Below the pieces are notes generated by a model. It was not told where the DNA came from, searched no databases, and was given only the letters and a program-made list of their open reading frames with translations. Source: Bugula neritina (Eukaryota > Animalia > Bryozoa). Taken from it: 64,000 nucleotides of DNA. The stretch lies in NCBI GenBank assembly GCA_964035545.1, contig OZ037769.1, positions 8,041,929 to 8,105,928 of the forward strand. The letters are read 5' to 3'. Position 1 is the stretch's first letter. Every line of letters starts with the position of its first letter. The translations under genes and the position numbers were made by a program. Positions 49,510 through 61,869 of this stretch are shown here, piece by piece.

Positions 49510-52233
49510 TCACTCAAAATACGCTTCTTCTAACAGAAATGACGCAACAAAATTGTGCAAAGAGAAAATAAATTCCTGCGCTTTATCAATATCCTTTTCA
49601 ACTTCAAAAAACACAGACATGTATTTCACACAGTTGCCATTATCCCTGCGCTCTATTACTCTATGGCGAAAAAATGTGTCTCCATCATTTTGTTTCCAAA
49701 TAAACTCTTTACCAAGGAGGCTGTTTGGTGAATTTACAATACCGGAAGCAGTTCCAATGAGATCTGGAGATATTTGTGAATCGTGGGCAAGGATACCAGC
49801 GGAGAAATGGTCAGGATCTTGAATCAACTGTTTGATTGCAGAACATAGAGCTCGCTGCTTTTGCTGCTTTTGTTTCTGCAATTTCTCTAGCAATCTGTTA
49901 CATATTTCCTGTTGAACATCCCTGCTATTTATTCTAGACTTTTCTAAAACGCTTTTTGATTTACCAATTATGCCGTAAAGATTTGAATCGGTAATTTTCT
50001 CAACCCAATCAGACGTTTTGTTAGTAGCATAACCTATTTTAGCAGCATTATAGGCATCAGTGGCAATATTACTTTTTCGAAATAGAAAATCGGCATATCC
50101 CAACACACTTTCTGATACCATGTTATCTACAGGAGCATTGGTAGCGAGTACAACGCGTTCAGGAGGCAAGTGATATAACTCTCCTCCTTGTAGATACTGA
50201 ACTAATTGTCGCTCCATCACAGCTTGAAATGCCTTGGCTGTCCGTGTTACAAGCTCTAACTCGAAACCAGTTGGCTGGACTGCTTGCAGATGCTTTGTGA
50301 CAGGATCGTTTTTACAGTCTTCAACATCAAAGCAGCTAAAACCTTCTTGCCATAACAAGCTGGGCTTTTCAACCACTTGTAAAAGAGTCTTGTGGGCATT
50401 GTCTAGTATTTTCGCACTATCCAAGTTTGACAGTGAGGTCCTTTTGTACAAACGTTTCATCCATGGTCCAGATACACTTTTGCCAAACAAGCCGCCTACA
50501 TGCAATTCACTTTGCACTACACCGAGTTGAAGAGAGGAAAGCACTATTTTTGCAGCTGGTTTTTCACATACATTGGTAAAGTATTCCAGTAGTACTTCCA
50601 GTAAGTAGTAGATGTTGCCACACAAGGAAAATACTACGTGAAACCTGTTGCCCACATATCGCTCAAGTAAATTGATATCGACTCCTTTACTAAGTAAAAA
50701 TGCTTTCAGTTGTTTTGGTTCACCAGAAGAAACTTTGTATTTTATTTTTGAGATAGCTTGGATAACTTTGATTAGTACTGATTCATTTCCTGGCAGATTG
50801 GAAGTCACTTTGTTTTCTAATTCAAAAACCTTTGTTAATTTTCTGAACGCTATCGCTAAACTGTCTAAAGGATGAATATTGCAATTCAATTCAAGTAACT
50901 CGTGACCTACATATTTTTCTAAATCTTTTACCACGCAGTGATTCACTGCTGCTCGATCACTCATAGTTGAAGTAATTTTCATTTTGACCTCACTCAATAT
51001 TTGATATTGATCAATTTCTGGGTTAAGTGCGCAATAACAACTAACCGCATTTTCCACAGCACAGATTATGTGACTCACATAGTCTGTAGCCTTAGCTCCA
51101 GGCAAGGACACAACATCAAGAACATAGTGACCTATATCTGTGTTTACGTGAACTTCATTTATGTGCTTTGTTTTCACAGTGGTGGCATCCCAAGCTATGT
51201 TCACAAATGATGATTTAAGAATGGCTTCAACAGCTTGGGCAGTTGATAATGTTCTCATCTCAGAGATCATTGACTTTACTGCATATGTGCTTGGTAAGCA
51301 GTCAAGCTCTACTTTAAATATCATTCGTGATATATATCTTATTACATCTGAGATGTTGTTTGACGGTACATGCTTACGAGCACAGTAGTACACAGCCCTA
51401 CGAATGTCCGCCTGATATTTACGACCATCTTTTGTTTGAATCTTCTGTTTCTCCTGGCTCTTCAGAAACTCGATTGTCTTTTGCTCTTCATCTTGAACAG
51501 CTAGCGTACTTTTGTTCACCTGCTCCAAAAGTTCATCGTTCATTGTTTTAAGTTGAGATAGCTGATCTTTACATCCAATTTTTGTTGCTTCTAAAAATTT
51601 AACAGACTTGCTTGACATTTTATTTAAATAACCTTTCAGCCTTGAGTTCTTCCTTTTAAAAATGGTGATTTGTGTTTTCAGCGCTTGTACGGCAGCTTTT
51701 CCTCGACTATCTCTCTTTTTGTATTTATTAACTCTTCTACCCACCTCAACTAATTTAAACTTTAAATTTTCTTCTAACTTTTGTAGTCTCAGATTGTCCA
51801 TAGCAGCCTTTTTAACTTCTAAAGCACTGCTTTTGTACAGTACACTCATGTACGACAACCTTTTCATTTTTAATGGGTTCAGCATAAACTCCGGATTTTC
51901 TTTTTCAGTTTCTGACTCTGGTAAATCAATATTAAGAAATTCTTGATCCAAATAAATCAAAAGAGATTTTTGTCCTTGCCTACCCTTGTTGAGTTTTCTA
52001 TACACCTTCATAATCTCGTGAATATGAGAAGTGTTAAGATGTTTACTAAATTTGTCTGGCAGCACGTCTAAAACTTTCAACAGCTTTGCTTGAATGGAAC
52101 CCTTGAGTCGCTTATAAATTGATAATATATGCCCATTTTTAAGGCATGTAGCTTGCTCCAACTCATTCTGTAAAACATCATAGCTTTTCAACTTTTCTTC
52201 TAGTTTAATTGAGACATCTTTTAGTGGTAGCAT
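49510..52233 (-). CDS. Putative DDE (RNase H fold) transposase with a CxxH signature; hAT-like but unclassified; single coding exon, ~907 aa
   Basis: Uninterrupted ORF; candidate catalytic motifs NIAWDATT, TMSDRAAVN, NCNIHPLD, PVDNMVSESVLG; also GNRFHVVF and LFGKSVSGPWM; N-terminal basic coiled coil; acceptor TAG just before GTG-ATG. Confidence 0.65.
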   Translation of the reverse strand: MLPLKDVSIKLEEKLKSYDVLQNELEQATCLKNGHILSIYKRLKGSIQAKLLKVLDVLPDKFSKHLNTSHIHEIMKVYRKLNKGRQGQKSLLIYLDQEFLNIDLPESETEKENPEFMLNPLKMKRLSYMSVLYKSSALEVKKAAMDNLRLQKLEENLKFKLVEVGRRVNKYKKRDSRGKAAVQALKTQITIFKRKNSRLKGYLNKMSSKSVKFLEATKIGCKDQLSQLKTMNDELLEQVNKSTLAVQDEEQKTIEFLKSQEKQKIQTKDGRKYQADIRRAVYYCARKHVPSNNISDVIRYISRMIFKVELDCLPSTYAVKSMISEMRTLSTAQAVEAILKSSFVNIAWDATTVKTKHINEVHVNTDIGHYVLDVVSLPGAKATDYVSHIICAVENAVSCYCALNPEIDQYQILSEVKMKITSTMSDRAAVNHCVVKDLEKYVGHELLELNCNIHPLDSLAIAFRKLTKVFELENKVTSNLPGNESVLIKVIQAISKIKYKVSSGEPKQLKAFLLSKGVDINLLERYVGNRFHVVFSLCGNIYYLLEVLLEYFTNVCEKPAAKIVLSSLQLGVVQSELHVGGLFGKSVSGPWMKRLYKRTSLSNLDSAKILDNAHKTLLQVVEKPSLLWQEGFSCFDVEDCKNDPVTKHLQAVQPTGFELELVTRTAKAFQAVMERQLVQYLQGGELYHLPPERVVLATNAPVDNMVSESVLGYADFLFRKSNIATDAYNAAKIGYATNKTSDWVEKITDSNLYGIIGKSKSVLEKSRINSRDVQQEICNRLLEKLQKQKQQKQRALCSAIKQLIQDPDHFSAGILAHDSQISPDLIGTASGIVNSPNSLLGKEFIWKQNDGDTFFRHRVIERRDNGNCVKYMSVFFEVEKDIDKAQEFIFSLHNFVASFLLEEAYFE

Positions 52234-55200
52234 CACCTATCATAAAAATAAACATATTCTTGTTTGGGAAACGTAGTTTATAATTTTTTCAATTAAATAA
52301 AAAAGTGAAGCAGCAGTGTTAGGAAGTTTTCAACATAAATTCATAATTTTTGCAATAGACCTTATGTACATAGTGGTTTCAATACTATAACAAATAGGCC
52401 TATGGAATATTTACTCTATACATTGCTGTTCTTGGAATGAAGTCAACATCATCTCCTTATAGCAAAATCAAGCATTTGATAAATTGTCAAAACATTCTAA
52501 AGTTTGAAGGCCAGACTTTAAAACATTTAGCAAAACTGAACATTTATTGAATAAGGCTGTTTAAATCGTTTGACTTCAATAGTGCAAAACTCACATCGAC
52601 GAAAAAATTGTTAGTATGCGTTTATTATGTTCAATTATTAAAGACTTTTTTGTATAATAAGAAAGGAAAAATTATGTTCAAAGTTCTTTTTAAGTATTGT
52701 ACTATACATAACTATGGCAGTACAAAACATTATTTTCTGAAACCAGGATTTAAAAGCAACATTGCATGTGAGTAGTACAATATAAATACAACAGAACAAA
52801 AACAAAGTTTGATGAAGTACATCAGTAGTGTTTAGAAACTTTAATTACCTTTTTAAAGTAAACCTAACTAACTTCTAGAAGTAGAATTGTAAGAAATGAA
52901 GGTGCAGCCCAGCCGAACTATCCACAAGTAAAGGAACACATTAAAGGCAAGTCAAACTCAGTCAACACTTGGCTCAGTTTTTAAAAATCATTCACGCATA
53001 ACCACTCCTTGCAAGTCTATAGTACATCATATGCATGACAACTCCAAAAAATGCCTTGAGTAAAATTTTAACACAAGGGTTTTTTGGGTTTGATTTATTT
53101 ATTTATTTATTAGGTAAATTATTTATTCATTTCTTCGTGTATTGATTGATTGATGGATTGATTTTTATTTATTTATTTAATAATTTATTTATTTATTACA
53201 TATCATCGGTGTGAAAACACGTTGTGAAATTCGGTGTAAATAATGGCTATAGTTTATAAGTAGGCATGAACATAGTTAAGAAGAACATCAGAGCTATGTT
53301 GAATTATTTAAAATAGAAGATCATGCATTTTTTATGCTTATTTTTTTATTAATACAGCAATTTACAATCTGAAACTGCAGTTTTTAAAATATTGTGCACA
53401 TAGTGCATATAAATAAAATGCTATTTATTTGAATATAATGAAAAAATGCAATTAAATTTTATGTACAATATCTTGGTTAATAAAGTTATAATACACAAAA
53501 GTTGCATTGCATTAAAGTTTTAAAGCTAAATTTGGCAGGTTTGTACAATTTATGGTAAAGTCTGAAAACATAATGTTTGTACATAATGATGTTAAATCAT
53601 TTATCAGTGTTGTAAATAGTAGACTATAAGATTTCTTAGCAGCATGGGCCCAGGTAGGTATAACCATTTATTTTAATATTAATTGTATTTCATTCATTCA
53701 AATGTGTTTTGTTGTTTTGTTTTTATAAGTAACTAATTAACACAAGATGTCAGACCATAACATGATGCTTCTACTGATATTGATTATAGTCATAGAACAC
53801 TGAGTAGGTTATGTAATATACTTACATCTCCTTTTGTTGTTTTCAAGTACATTATTTGCAGATGCCAATTATATTTATCATAATTATTTCAGTATGTGTA
53901 TCCATTATACCTATAAGCAACACATCACCAACCTGCAAACACCTGCAAACACTTGTCAACTACAGAGGTCAAGAATACACTTAGGTGTCAACATAAATAG
54001 AGCTGTGTAATTGCTTTATTCTTGTATCCCAATTCCAACACCATATCCTAATGGATTATCCATTGACTGCTTATATGCCAGAAATTATATTCTAACTGGC
54101 CTATATGATTACCCCCTTCTTTCAACAACTCCCCCCCTTATACAGTGACTAGTTGAAGCTGGACACCCAAACACACATAGCAGACAACTCACTCTATGTT
54201 CACATATTTCCTGCACGTCTCTTCCTCAGAGAACCTCATTATGTAGGAACACAAGTAATCTCTTATATACTATTATTGAATAATGTCTACATTATAATCA
54301 GATTAAAATATATAAAATGGTGATAGTTTATTGCGCAATACAAATACATGTAGATTATCATGTTATTATAGTATTAATATGCATGACTAGAGTTGTATTA
54401 ACACAGGCTAGACAACTGCGTTCTGAAAAACATGCAAATATATTTGGTAAAAGGCTGAACATGTAGACAGGTGATATAAATATACAATAAGATAATTTAA
54501 AATGTGCCAACTAAATGTAACATGATGCCTGTATACACAGCATATGCACACACCGTATAGTATATAGTTTTCATATAAAAAATTACCAGCAAAACTCAAA
54601 AGATATAGCAAAGAATCATCAAAATCGTTAGCAGATGTAAGAATAAACCGGCATGCCATTGCAGTAAATTTTATATTATATTCATATTATAAATCTACAG
54701 TTCACAGTTTATTAAAGAAGAGACAACTTGTAAACAGAGAATACAGTAAGTTAATGCATCTTAACTAATCATACAAGCATATTTGAAACATCCACTTCTA
54801 GTAGTAGAGTCAAAGAGTAAATATATTCCTGAGAACCACAAAATTGATAACAACAAATTCTTAGAGTAGCTATACAGAGAGTATATAGTTTTTATCACTC
54901 AAAGTCACTATTTCTTTGCAGCCCATCTTAACAGTGGATTTACTTCGCTACGCTTCAATACTTTTATATATTTTTAAGAATTTTATATTTATTATATAGG
55001 CTTGTGTTGAATTTCATTTTCTTTCAACTTTGTTCGATCAATCACCTTAAATGTACTGTATTTGTATATTATGTTAGCTACGTTTATTTATGCAAGATGC
55101 TAGCTTGCTGGAATGTACTTGTATTAATATTATAAGGTACATGCTTTGTAGATGTAGAATATAGAAATGTTTACAAAATTGAACTCAGTTAATGTAGTTC

Positions 55201-55840
55201 AATAGGTCATCAGTAAATTTCAATAGGTCGTCAGTATTATCAGAAAAAAGCCAGTTCAATTAACAGAAAATAAGCAGAGGCGAAAATAGCTGAATCTCTA
55301 CAAACTTGATAATAAAATAAGTTAAATAGACTGAGAGGCAGCAGCGCGACTCACAGTAGGTGCTGCCAGTCGTAATAAGTCAATTGCGGTGTAAGATGTT
55401 AGGGAACTCAGACTAGGAAGTATATAGTACATGCTATGTAGATATTTTACTGCTTTTAGTAAAATAATGAACTAAGTTTTGTTATGTTTCAATTTGCTTT
55501 TATATATTTGTGAACATTTTTCGCTGGTCATTATATAAATATAGGCTTGTGTTCAATTTTAATTGTTTTCAACTTCAATCTATTCTCCATCATTAACTGC
55601 ATTTACATTGTGTCAGCTAAGTTTTATTTATTTTGATTATAATTTAATTGTTGCCTTATACTTGTGATTATTGCATATAACCAAATATTGTTATCTACTC
55701 TACTATACTACTATTATATAGACCCTGTATTAAGATTCACTTTTAAACAATGAAACTTCAACAATGAGCTGAAGATAGAAATGATGTAATGACTTAATGT
55801 AGGGAATTCCAAAGTACAAATTAGCTACACGAAATTAAAA

Positions 55841-56882
55841 ATGGCTATACTTAGATTACTCCTGCTAAATATATTATTTATAATGTCTTTGGAACTTTGT
55901 GAAAAAAGTTCTGTAGTGTTCAGTGATAAGCACATCTTACTAGTTGTGTGCAGTTTTATTCTTCAGTGCAGGTAAGATTTCATACAGTTACTATATGAGC
56001 TTCTTTATATAAACTTCATATTGTATTATTTTGCCATTGCCTAAATATGTTATTTATACACAAATAGGAAACCTAACAGAATAAAAGATATAAATCGATA
56101 TATACATATATACAACTGCATTCATTCAAGGGAAGGGATAATAATATAATTTATTTAAATATTGTATCACATTTTGATAAAACGTTATGATGTGTTTTCT
56201 ATTTAGAGTTATCCTCCCAAAACAAACATGCAGACGTTCAAAAAGAATCTTCAATTTAAATAACTCAACTCAGAGTTTAGAAAGTTTTATCATATTTGGA
56301 GCAGAAAATCTACAAAGGTCACCTGACAAGAAGAAATATGCGCCACAACAAATACATAGAAACCTGGTGGAAAAGCTAGATGATATCAGCCCTGAGATGC
56401 TAGATGACGCAGAGGAAAAGTTAAAGGTAGCAGAGAACAAACTTAAAGAGTTGGCAAATAATATAAAATTATTTGACAACACTTGGGACAATTTATTAAA
56501 CAAAGATGAAAAGATGGTGGAGGGCTTCACAGATGACTTTGGCTCCTTAAGTTCAGAAACTGCAAAGAGTAAACTGAGCTCTGGCAACTCAAAACAACCA
56601 ACAGATAAAATCGCTATAAGAGGTGAGACAACATCTACAGAAAAGAATAACAGCTTAACTCCATTGGCTGACATGAAATCTGTATTTGATGAGAATTGGA
56701 AGCCGTTTCATGTTTCTCCAGGTACTTCTAACCAACATCAATGTCTGCCCGAAGCATCTCAAGATGTTTGGCCACCATTAGCTTCCACCATACTCTCGGA
56801 AGATGTAGAAACACATGCACAGAAACACTGGTGGGGAGTGATCAAGAAGACAGCAGACAGATCTAGAAACAAGATCAGCTAA
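55841..56882 (+). CDS. Orphan predicted secreted precursor; 2 exons (55841-55971, 56207-56882), 268 aa
   Basis: MAILRLLLLNILFIMSLELC is signal-peptide-like; the AG|GTAAGA donor and TTTAG acceptor join in frame; RRSKR basic site; coiled coil. Confidence 0.6.
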
Positions 56883-57924
56883 AGACAGAGTAATGAGACT
56901 GCTGACATGTTCTTCTCTACACCCTTTGCGGTCATAAACCTGTTTTATAATGAATCTACTACTGTACTCTCTTCCAACTAGTTACTGCAGTTAATTCTAG
57001 GCCAATGCATAATTATCTCGAAGTTAATTGATTACTGCAGAGACATACAACTTTAATATGTAACTTAGTATCTGTGTTAGTTATCCATCTTATAACCTGT
57101 TTTATGCCTTTGTTCATAAACCTCGAGTCTTCTTTAGATATATAACTTACTATATATTTGACACACTTTTTATGTTTTGAATTATTTCAGTAATTATATA
57201 TATATTAAAGGCATTAATCAAACACATAATATATTTATATTATACCATGTAAAATTGTTCTTCTAAGAATGTTGCTTTTGTTTCCTTTGGTTTTATTGAT
57301 AATGGCGAATAAAATGACTCAACCTTGTTGCTTGAACATTGATTTGATGTGAGTGCTGGCATACAGAATAAATAATCACTGAACACCATCATGGTAAATT
57401 GAAACACAAACAATAAACATGTGCAGTTTTATAATATCTATAGTTATGCAGCTATATCAATTGACACTTTAAAGCATGCAGGACTCCCAACATATAAATA
57501 AAGTTAACAACAAAAATAGGTTGAAAGCTGCATAAGCAAATTGATGAGAAATAATTGTATTGTATTTGTATTGATATTGTATTTGAGTTGAATGCTCACG
57601 CATTCAACTGCACAAATAATAACAAAGCTAGGAATGGGAAATGTTTTCTATTTGGACACCAGAACTATATGGTTCCGTAATATATTTAAACATGTGAACT
57701 CCCGAGTGTTCTTCATTTTAAATATTATTTTTTTTGGAATGATTTCATAAAAAAGCTTTTCACACAACAGTAATGTGTTTATAAATTGCAGATCAATGTT
57801 TTTTTTAAATTATTAATTGTATTTTTATCTTTAGGGCAACACATCATTGAGGAAATTGAACAGGTGAGGCTACTCCTAAACTTAAATTTCTTTTGAAGAG
57901 CTCATTTATATTACGCACTATTAT

Positions 57925-58028
57925 AATACTGTAAAACTGTGTTGAGTGGAGTTGAAGAATCCTGTATATTGTAGTATATACACGTGCTACAGATTGTTAG
58001 TGTGGTATTGGCACATATTATGCATTAT
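57925..58028 (+). repeat. ~105-bp dispersed direct repeat, copy 2
   Basis: Near-identical to 44683-44788. Confidence 0.9.
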
Positions 58029-58899
58029 ATATAAATGCTGCAGAACACTACCATACAACGAGTTTAATTAATTGTTTCTTCTCACCCAAATAAAGGATTA
58101 AATAAAACTCAAACTCACCATGGTCACCATTTTTCTTAGAAAACCCTTTAGTCTAGAATAGTAACCTCCCAAAAAGTGCTCAAAAAATTGGCGTATTACA
58201 CTTTACTAGGTGGCCACTCAAAAAAAGTTGTTCCTAGATCAGAATTGTGTGCTGATTCTGAATCTACAAACTCTAGAATTCTATCTTCACCCATACTCAA
58301 GTTATTGCAAAAAAACAAATCGACCTTTTAGATGGGTGATAAAAAGAAATGTGGATTGTGCAAAATAGTATCCAGTTTTATCAAGCTATCTTGAAGAAAA
58401 AATATTTGCTGAAATATCAAAAAATTGCCTCTTACTTAAAATTCTATGCTGATACTGAATTTAAAGACTGCAAGACGCTATATCTCAAAGTGAAACCAAG
58501 TTGTTTATATAAACATATATGTTTTTTATGAATCGCCATATTGCATGAGGCATAAGCATGCAGAATAATCATGTATGACCAGGTTATTTATACAAAAATA
58601 AAAACAAAGTCATGCTGATGTGTAAAAAAACTATATTTATAAAATTATAGTACAAAATAAATGTTGAAATGAATAAATATTGAAATATTTTGAGCTCAGC
58701 CCAAGTGAACCATTTGCTAGTCTGTCGGCAGCCGTTAAACGTCTGCAAAAATCAACAATATTCTGTAAAATTATTTAGAGGAACAGAAACATGAGAGATG
58801 ATCAAAATCAAATTGGTTGCAGCAAAATATATAACAAATGTCTAAAAATAGCGCTTTATTATGAAAAAGTATTCTCCCCATCATTGTCACTGCCGTCAG

Positions 58900-59560
58900 T
58901 CTCATCAGCTTCTTCCCCAATATAGAGCTAATTCTTTTCAGACAATCCTTACATTGACAAACATCAGTGCATGCACTGCATTTGAGACTTCTGACATCCC
59001 CATCTTGATATGTTGCAGCTGGTCTTACAGGAGCAGTTTATACTTTGCAATATACATGTTCAGGTGCGGAAGCTTGAATCATCTACTTTATATTTATGCT
59101 GCCATGATTCTCAACAATCTTTTTATGATGTTCTGGGGGTGGTGCATCAATATGGGCTGTTGTCACTCTTCTCCAAATGGCTGCCTGATAATTTGCTCTT
59201 TTTACGTGCAAATTTAATTCATCTTTTGTTGGAGGCAAACTCTATTAAGTTATTTTAGACGGTGAACAAAATACAGTGTATTAGACATCATCTATATTTG
59301 AATTTCCTGCTCCATAAAGCTTATAGACAAATTGTTCTACTTCAGCCGCTGCAATGGCTTACAGCTTAAAATACTTCCCAAGGTTTTCAAAGCTTCCCAT
59401 ATATATTATAAATATTTTTTCAAAAGAGAGTAGGCTGTGCGCTATCCTTTTCCATAAAAAGCACTATAGTCGAACCACAACCTGTTGAAGTGTGAAATCT
59501 AGTAGGCCTAAGTGCTGCACGCAACTGCGGTCTGGATTTATTGGCTGCAATGTTGACATC
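58900..59560 (-). pseudogene. Decayed Academ-type transposase C-terminus (XPG/H3TH + Cys-rich finger)
   Basis: Fragments TGC.ST..SAFYGKG*, EQFVYKLYG, SLPPTKDELNLHVKRANYQAAIW, NCSCKTSC....GCQK, CTDVCQCKDC, with stops and frameshifts. Confidence 0.75.
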
Positions 59561-60149
59561 CAAATACCTAATATGATTATGGTTTCCTCTCAGCGAGATG
59601 CTGTTTTTATTTTGTTACTATATATATTAATATTACCTATATAACTGATGAATTGATTGCTAAATAGCTCATATGCTAATAGCTATAGTAGCTAACATGA
59701 ATTATCTAGAATAATATTCTATTACTTTTACGAATTTGTGTGGGACAAAAAGTAGTAATACATTATTAATTATAGACACTATCTTTAATGGATACTTATT
59801 ACCAAAATATCTTTTCAAACAACAGGCAAGATGTATAAAATATACAAAATTAATAAGTTAATGCAAATCAAAGGAATTTATTTATGTGCTAAATAACAAG
59901 CAATTGATCCAAGTTTATTTAAATATACATATATTTCAATAATATTAAAATAAGTTGCACATGAAAATACATTTTATCAAAATAAATAACTATCGTCTAA
60001 GTAGGAAATTTAGCCTAGCCTCTATCTGGCATGACACCATGATTACCACACCCGTGAAAAAATATAATTGGTAAGAAGGTAATGTTTTGCAAATAGCGAG
60101 ACTTAGGATGAAAACATCAGTGTCTTGAGATTTGATTATTACACTAATT

Positions 60150-60600
60150 CCAGCCATTCATGCATAGGACTCTGTTCAACTACCTTCAAAACCAGATTCA
60201 ATAACCATAAAGCCTCTTTCCTACATGCAGATAAAGCCAACAGCACACAACTCAGCAGACACATCTGGAATTTAAAAGACAACAACACGAAATTCAGCTT
60301 AAAATGGAATATTTTAAAAATTTGCAAATCCTACTCAAACCTAACCAACAGATGTAACTTATGCACCTATAAGAAATATTTAATTTTAAAACAACCGGAA
60401 TTGTCCTCCCTCAACAAACGAAAAGAGCTCTCCACCACGTGCAGACATAAGCGTAGATCTTTACTTGCGCATTTAACAGACGCTAGTTAAGACATTCCAG
60501 CGTAACGATACATAAACAATGCTAATTTCTAAACAAAATCACTCATCGTAGCTTGCACTACGTGAAACAATATTGTAGTCGAAAAAATGAATATATAAGT
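60150..60600 (+). mobile_element. PLE 3' fragment (Naiad-like GIY-YIG C-terminus) with a hammerhead remnant
   Basis: IGLCSTTFKTRFNNHKASF..LSRHIWNLKD..RCNLC..LNKRKELSTTCRH; downstream GAAACAATATTGTA. Confidence 0.8.
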
Positions 60601-60736
60601 TTATTTTGTATCCAAATTGTACCAGTACCAAATATAAATACTCTATTTTTTGAAATATTGAGTTCTTTTGATTCATTTTTAAATATAGAAACTATATATA
60701 TATATATATATAAATATATATATAAATGTGTATATA

Positions 60737-60844
<108 letters not shown>

Positions 60845-60896
60845 GTAGTGTGTTCAGATTGTTAATGATACATATATATTTTATTTAAAAAATCTT

Positions 60897-60941
60897 ACAC
60901 GACTATATAGTTTCGTGCAGTAAACTGCACTCCTCAGGTGT
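60897..60941 (-). ncRNA. Type I hammerhead ribozyme
   Basis: Reverse complement of 62900-62944. Confidence 0.9.
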
Positions 60942-61186
60942 TAGACTAAAAATAAATAAAATCTATGAAGCATACCAATTATTCAAATTTTTACATAGGG
61001 AAAACTATCATGCTAAACACAACGTAAAACGAAACGCAAACATAGTAGTGGATTTGGTGTTATCTATTAATTAATTAAATTAATTAAATTGCTCTTTTTC
61101 TAAAGGATTAAACTATAAAAGCTAGATGTTTGATGGAAAGGCTAATTTATAATAGGTAGTACTATGGTTGAGAGTTGTTAGTATTG

Positions 61187-61867
61187 TTATGTGATGTTGC
61201 CCAGGTAGTGCTTACGTGCATGTCTGCATGTGGATAGAATTTCATTTCTGTTATTAAGGGAAGATTTGCTGGGCTGGTATATTATGAAATATTTTTCCCA
61301 TAGGCAGAGGTTGCATCTTTTAGTGACTTTGTTGTATGAGTTGGTCTTTTTCATAATTTTCCATGTTATGTCAAAATGGGTGTTATTCTTGTCTTTTAGT
61401 TTCCAGATATATCTGCTCAATTCAGTATGGTTCTTTTTTGTTTTGTTGTTAAAAGTTGATTTGTGGTTATAAAATCTGGTTTTGAATTCTGTTTCTGATG
61501 TTCCCACGTAAGTCTGGGGTTGGCTGCCACCTTTGGTTGTAACTGTAGCTTGGTATATGATGCACTTTGTGAGGCATTTTCCATCTAGTGGGCACACTGT
61601 GCTGTTTCTGCAGTTACATTCTCGAGGAGGTTGGTTTGCTGGGTTGAGTAATCTTTTATTGTGGCTGTTGATTATGTTGTTTAAATTTCTGCAGCAGCTG
61701 TAACTGAGTTTTATGTTGTTTTTGTTGAAAATTTTGTAGAGTTTGTGGTCTTTGGGTATTTCTTCCTCCAGAATTTTAAAAAATTGTTTTCCCAGGTTGC
61801 TTGATACACTTTTGGAGAATGGGGGGTTATACCATGTGATGTTTCGTCGTCTTTCTCTTTTTGGTCT
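61187..61867 (-). CDS. PLE GIY-YIG endonuclease region; 5'-truncated, frame intact
   Basis: RNITWYNPPFS, CNCRNSTVCPLDGKC, IIYQA..TYVG, FKTRFYNH, KRCNLCLWEK, LNNRNE...CRH. Confidence 0.85.
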   Translation of the reverse strand, partial: RPKRERRRNITWYNPPFSKSVSSNLGKQFFKILEEEIPKDHKLYKIFNKNNIKLSYSCCRNLNNIINSHNKRLLNPANQPPRECNCRNSTVCPLDGKCLTKCIIYQATVTTKGGSQPQTYVGTSETEFKTRFYNHKSTFNNKTKKNHTELSRYIWKLKDKNNTHFDITWKIMKKTNSYNKVTKRCNLCLWEKYFIIYQPSKSSLNNRNEILSTCRHARKHYLGNIT

Positions 61868-61869
61868 CA

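Noticed and set aside
49553-51946. Several + strand ORFs
   Set aside because: Antisense shadows of the 908-aa ORF.
59644-59700. CTGATGA as another hammerhead
   Set aside because: No stem II followed by GAAA downstream.
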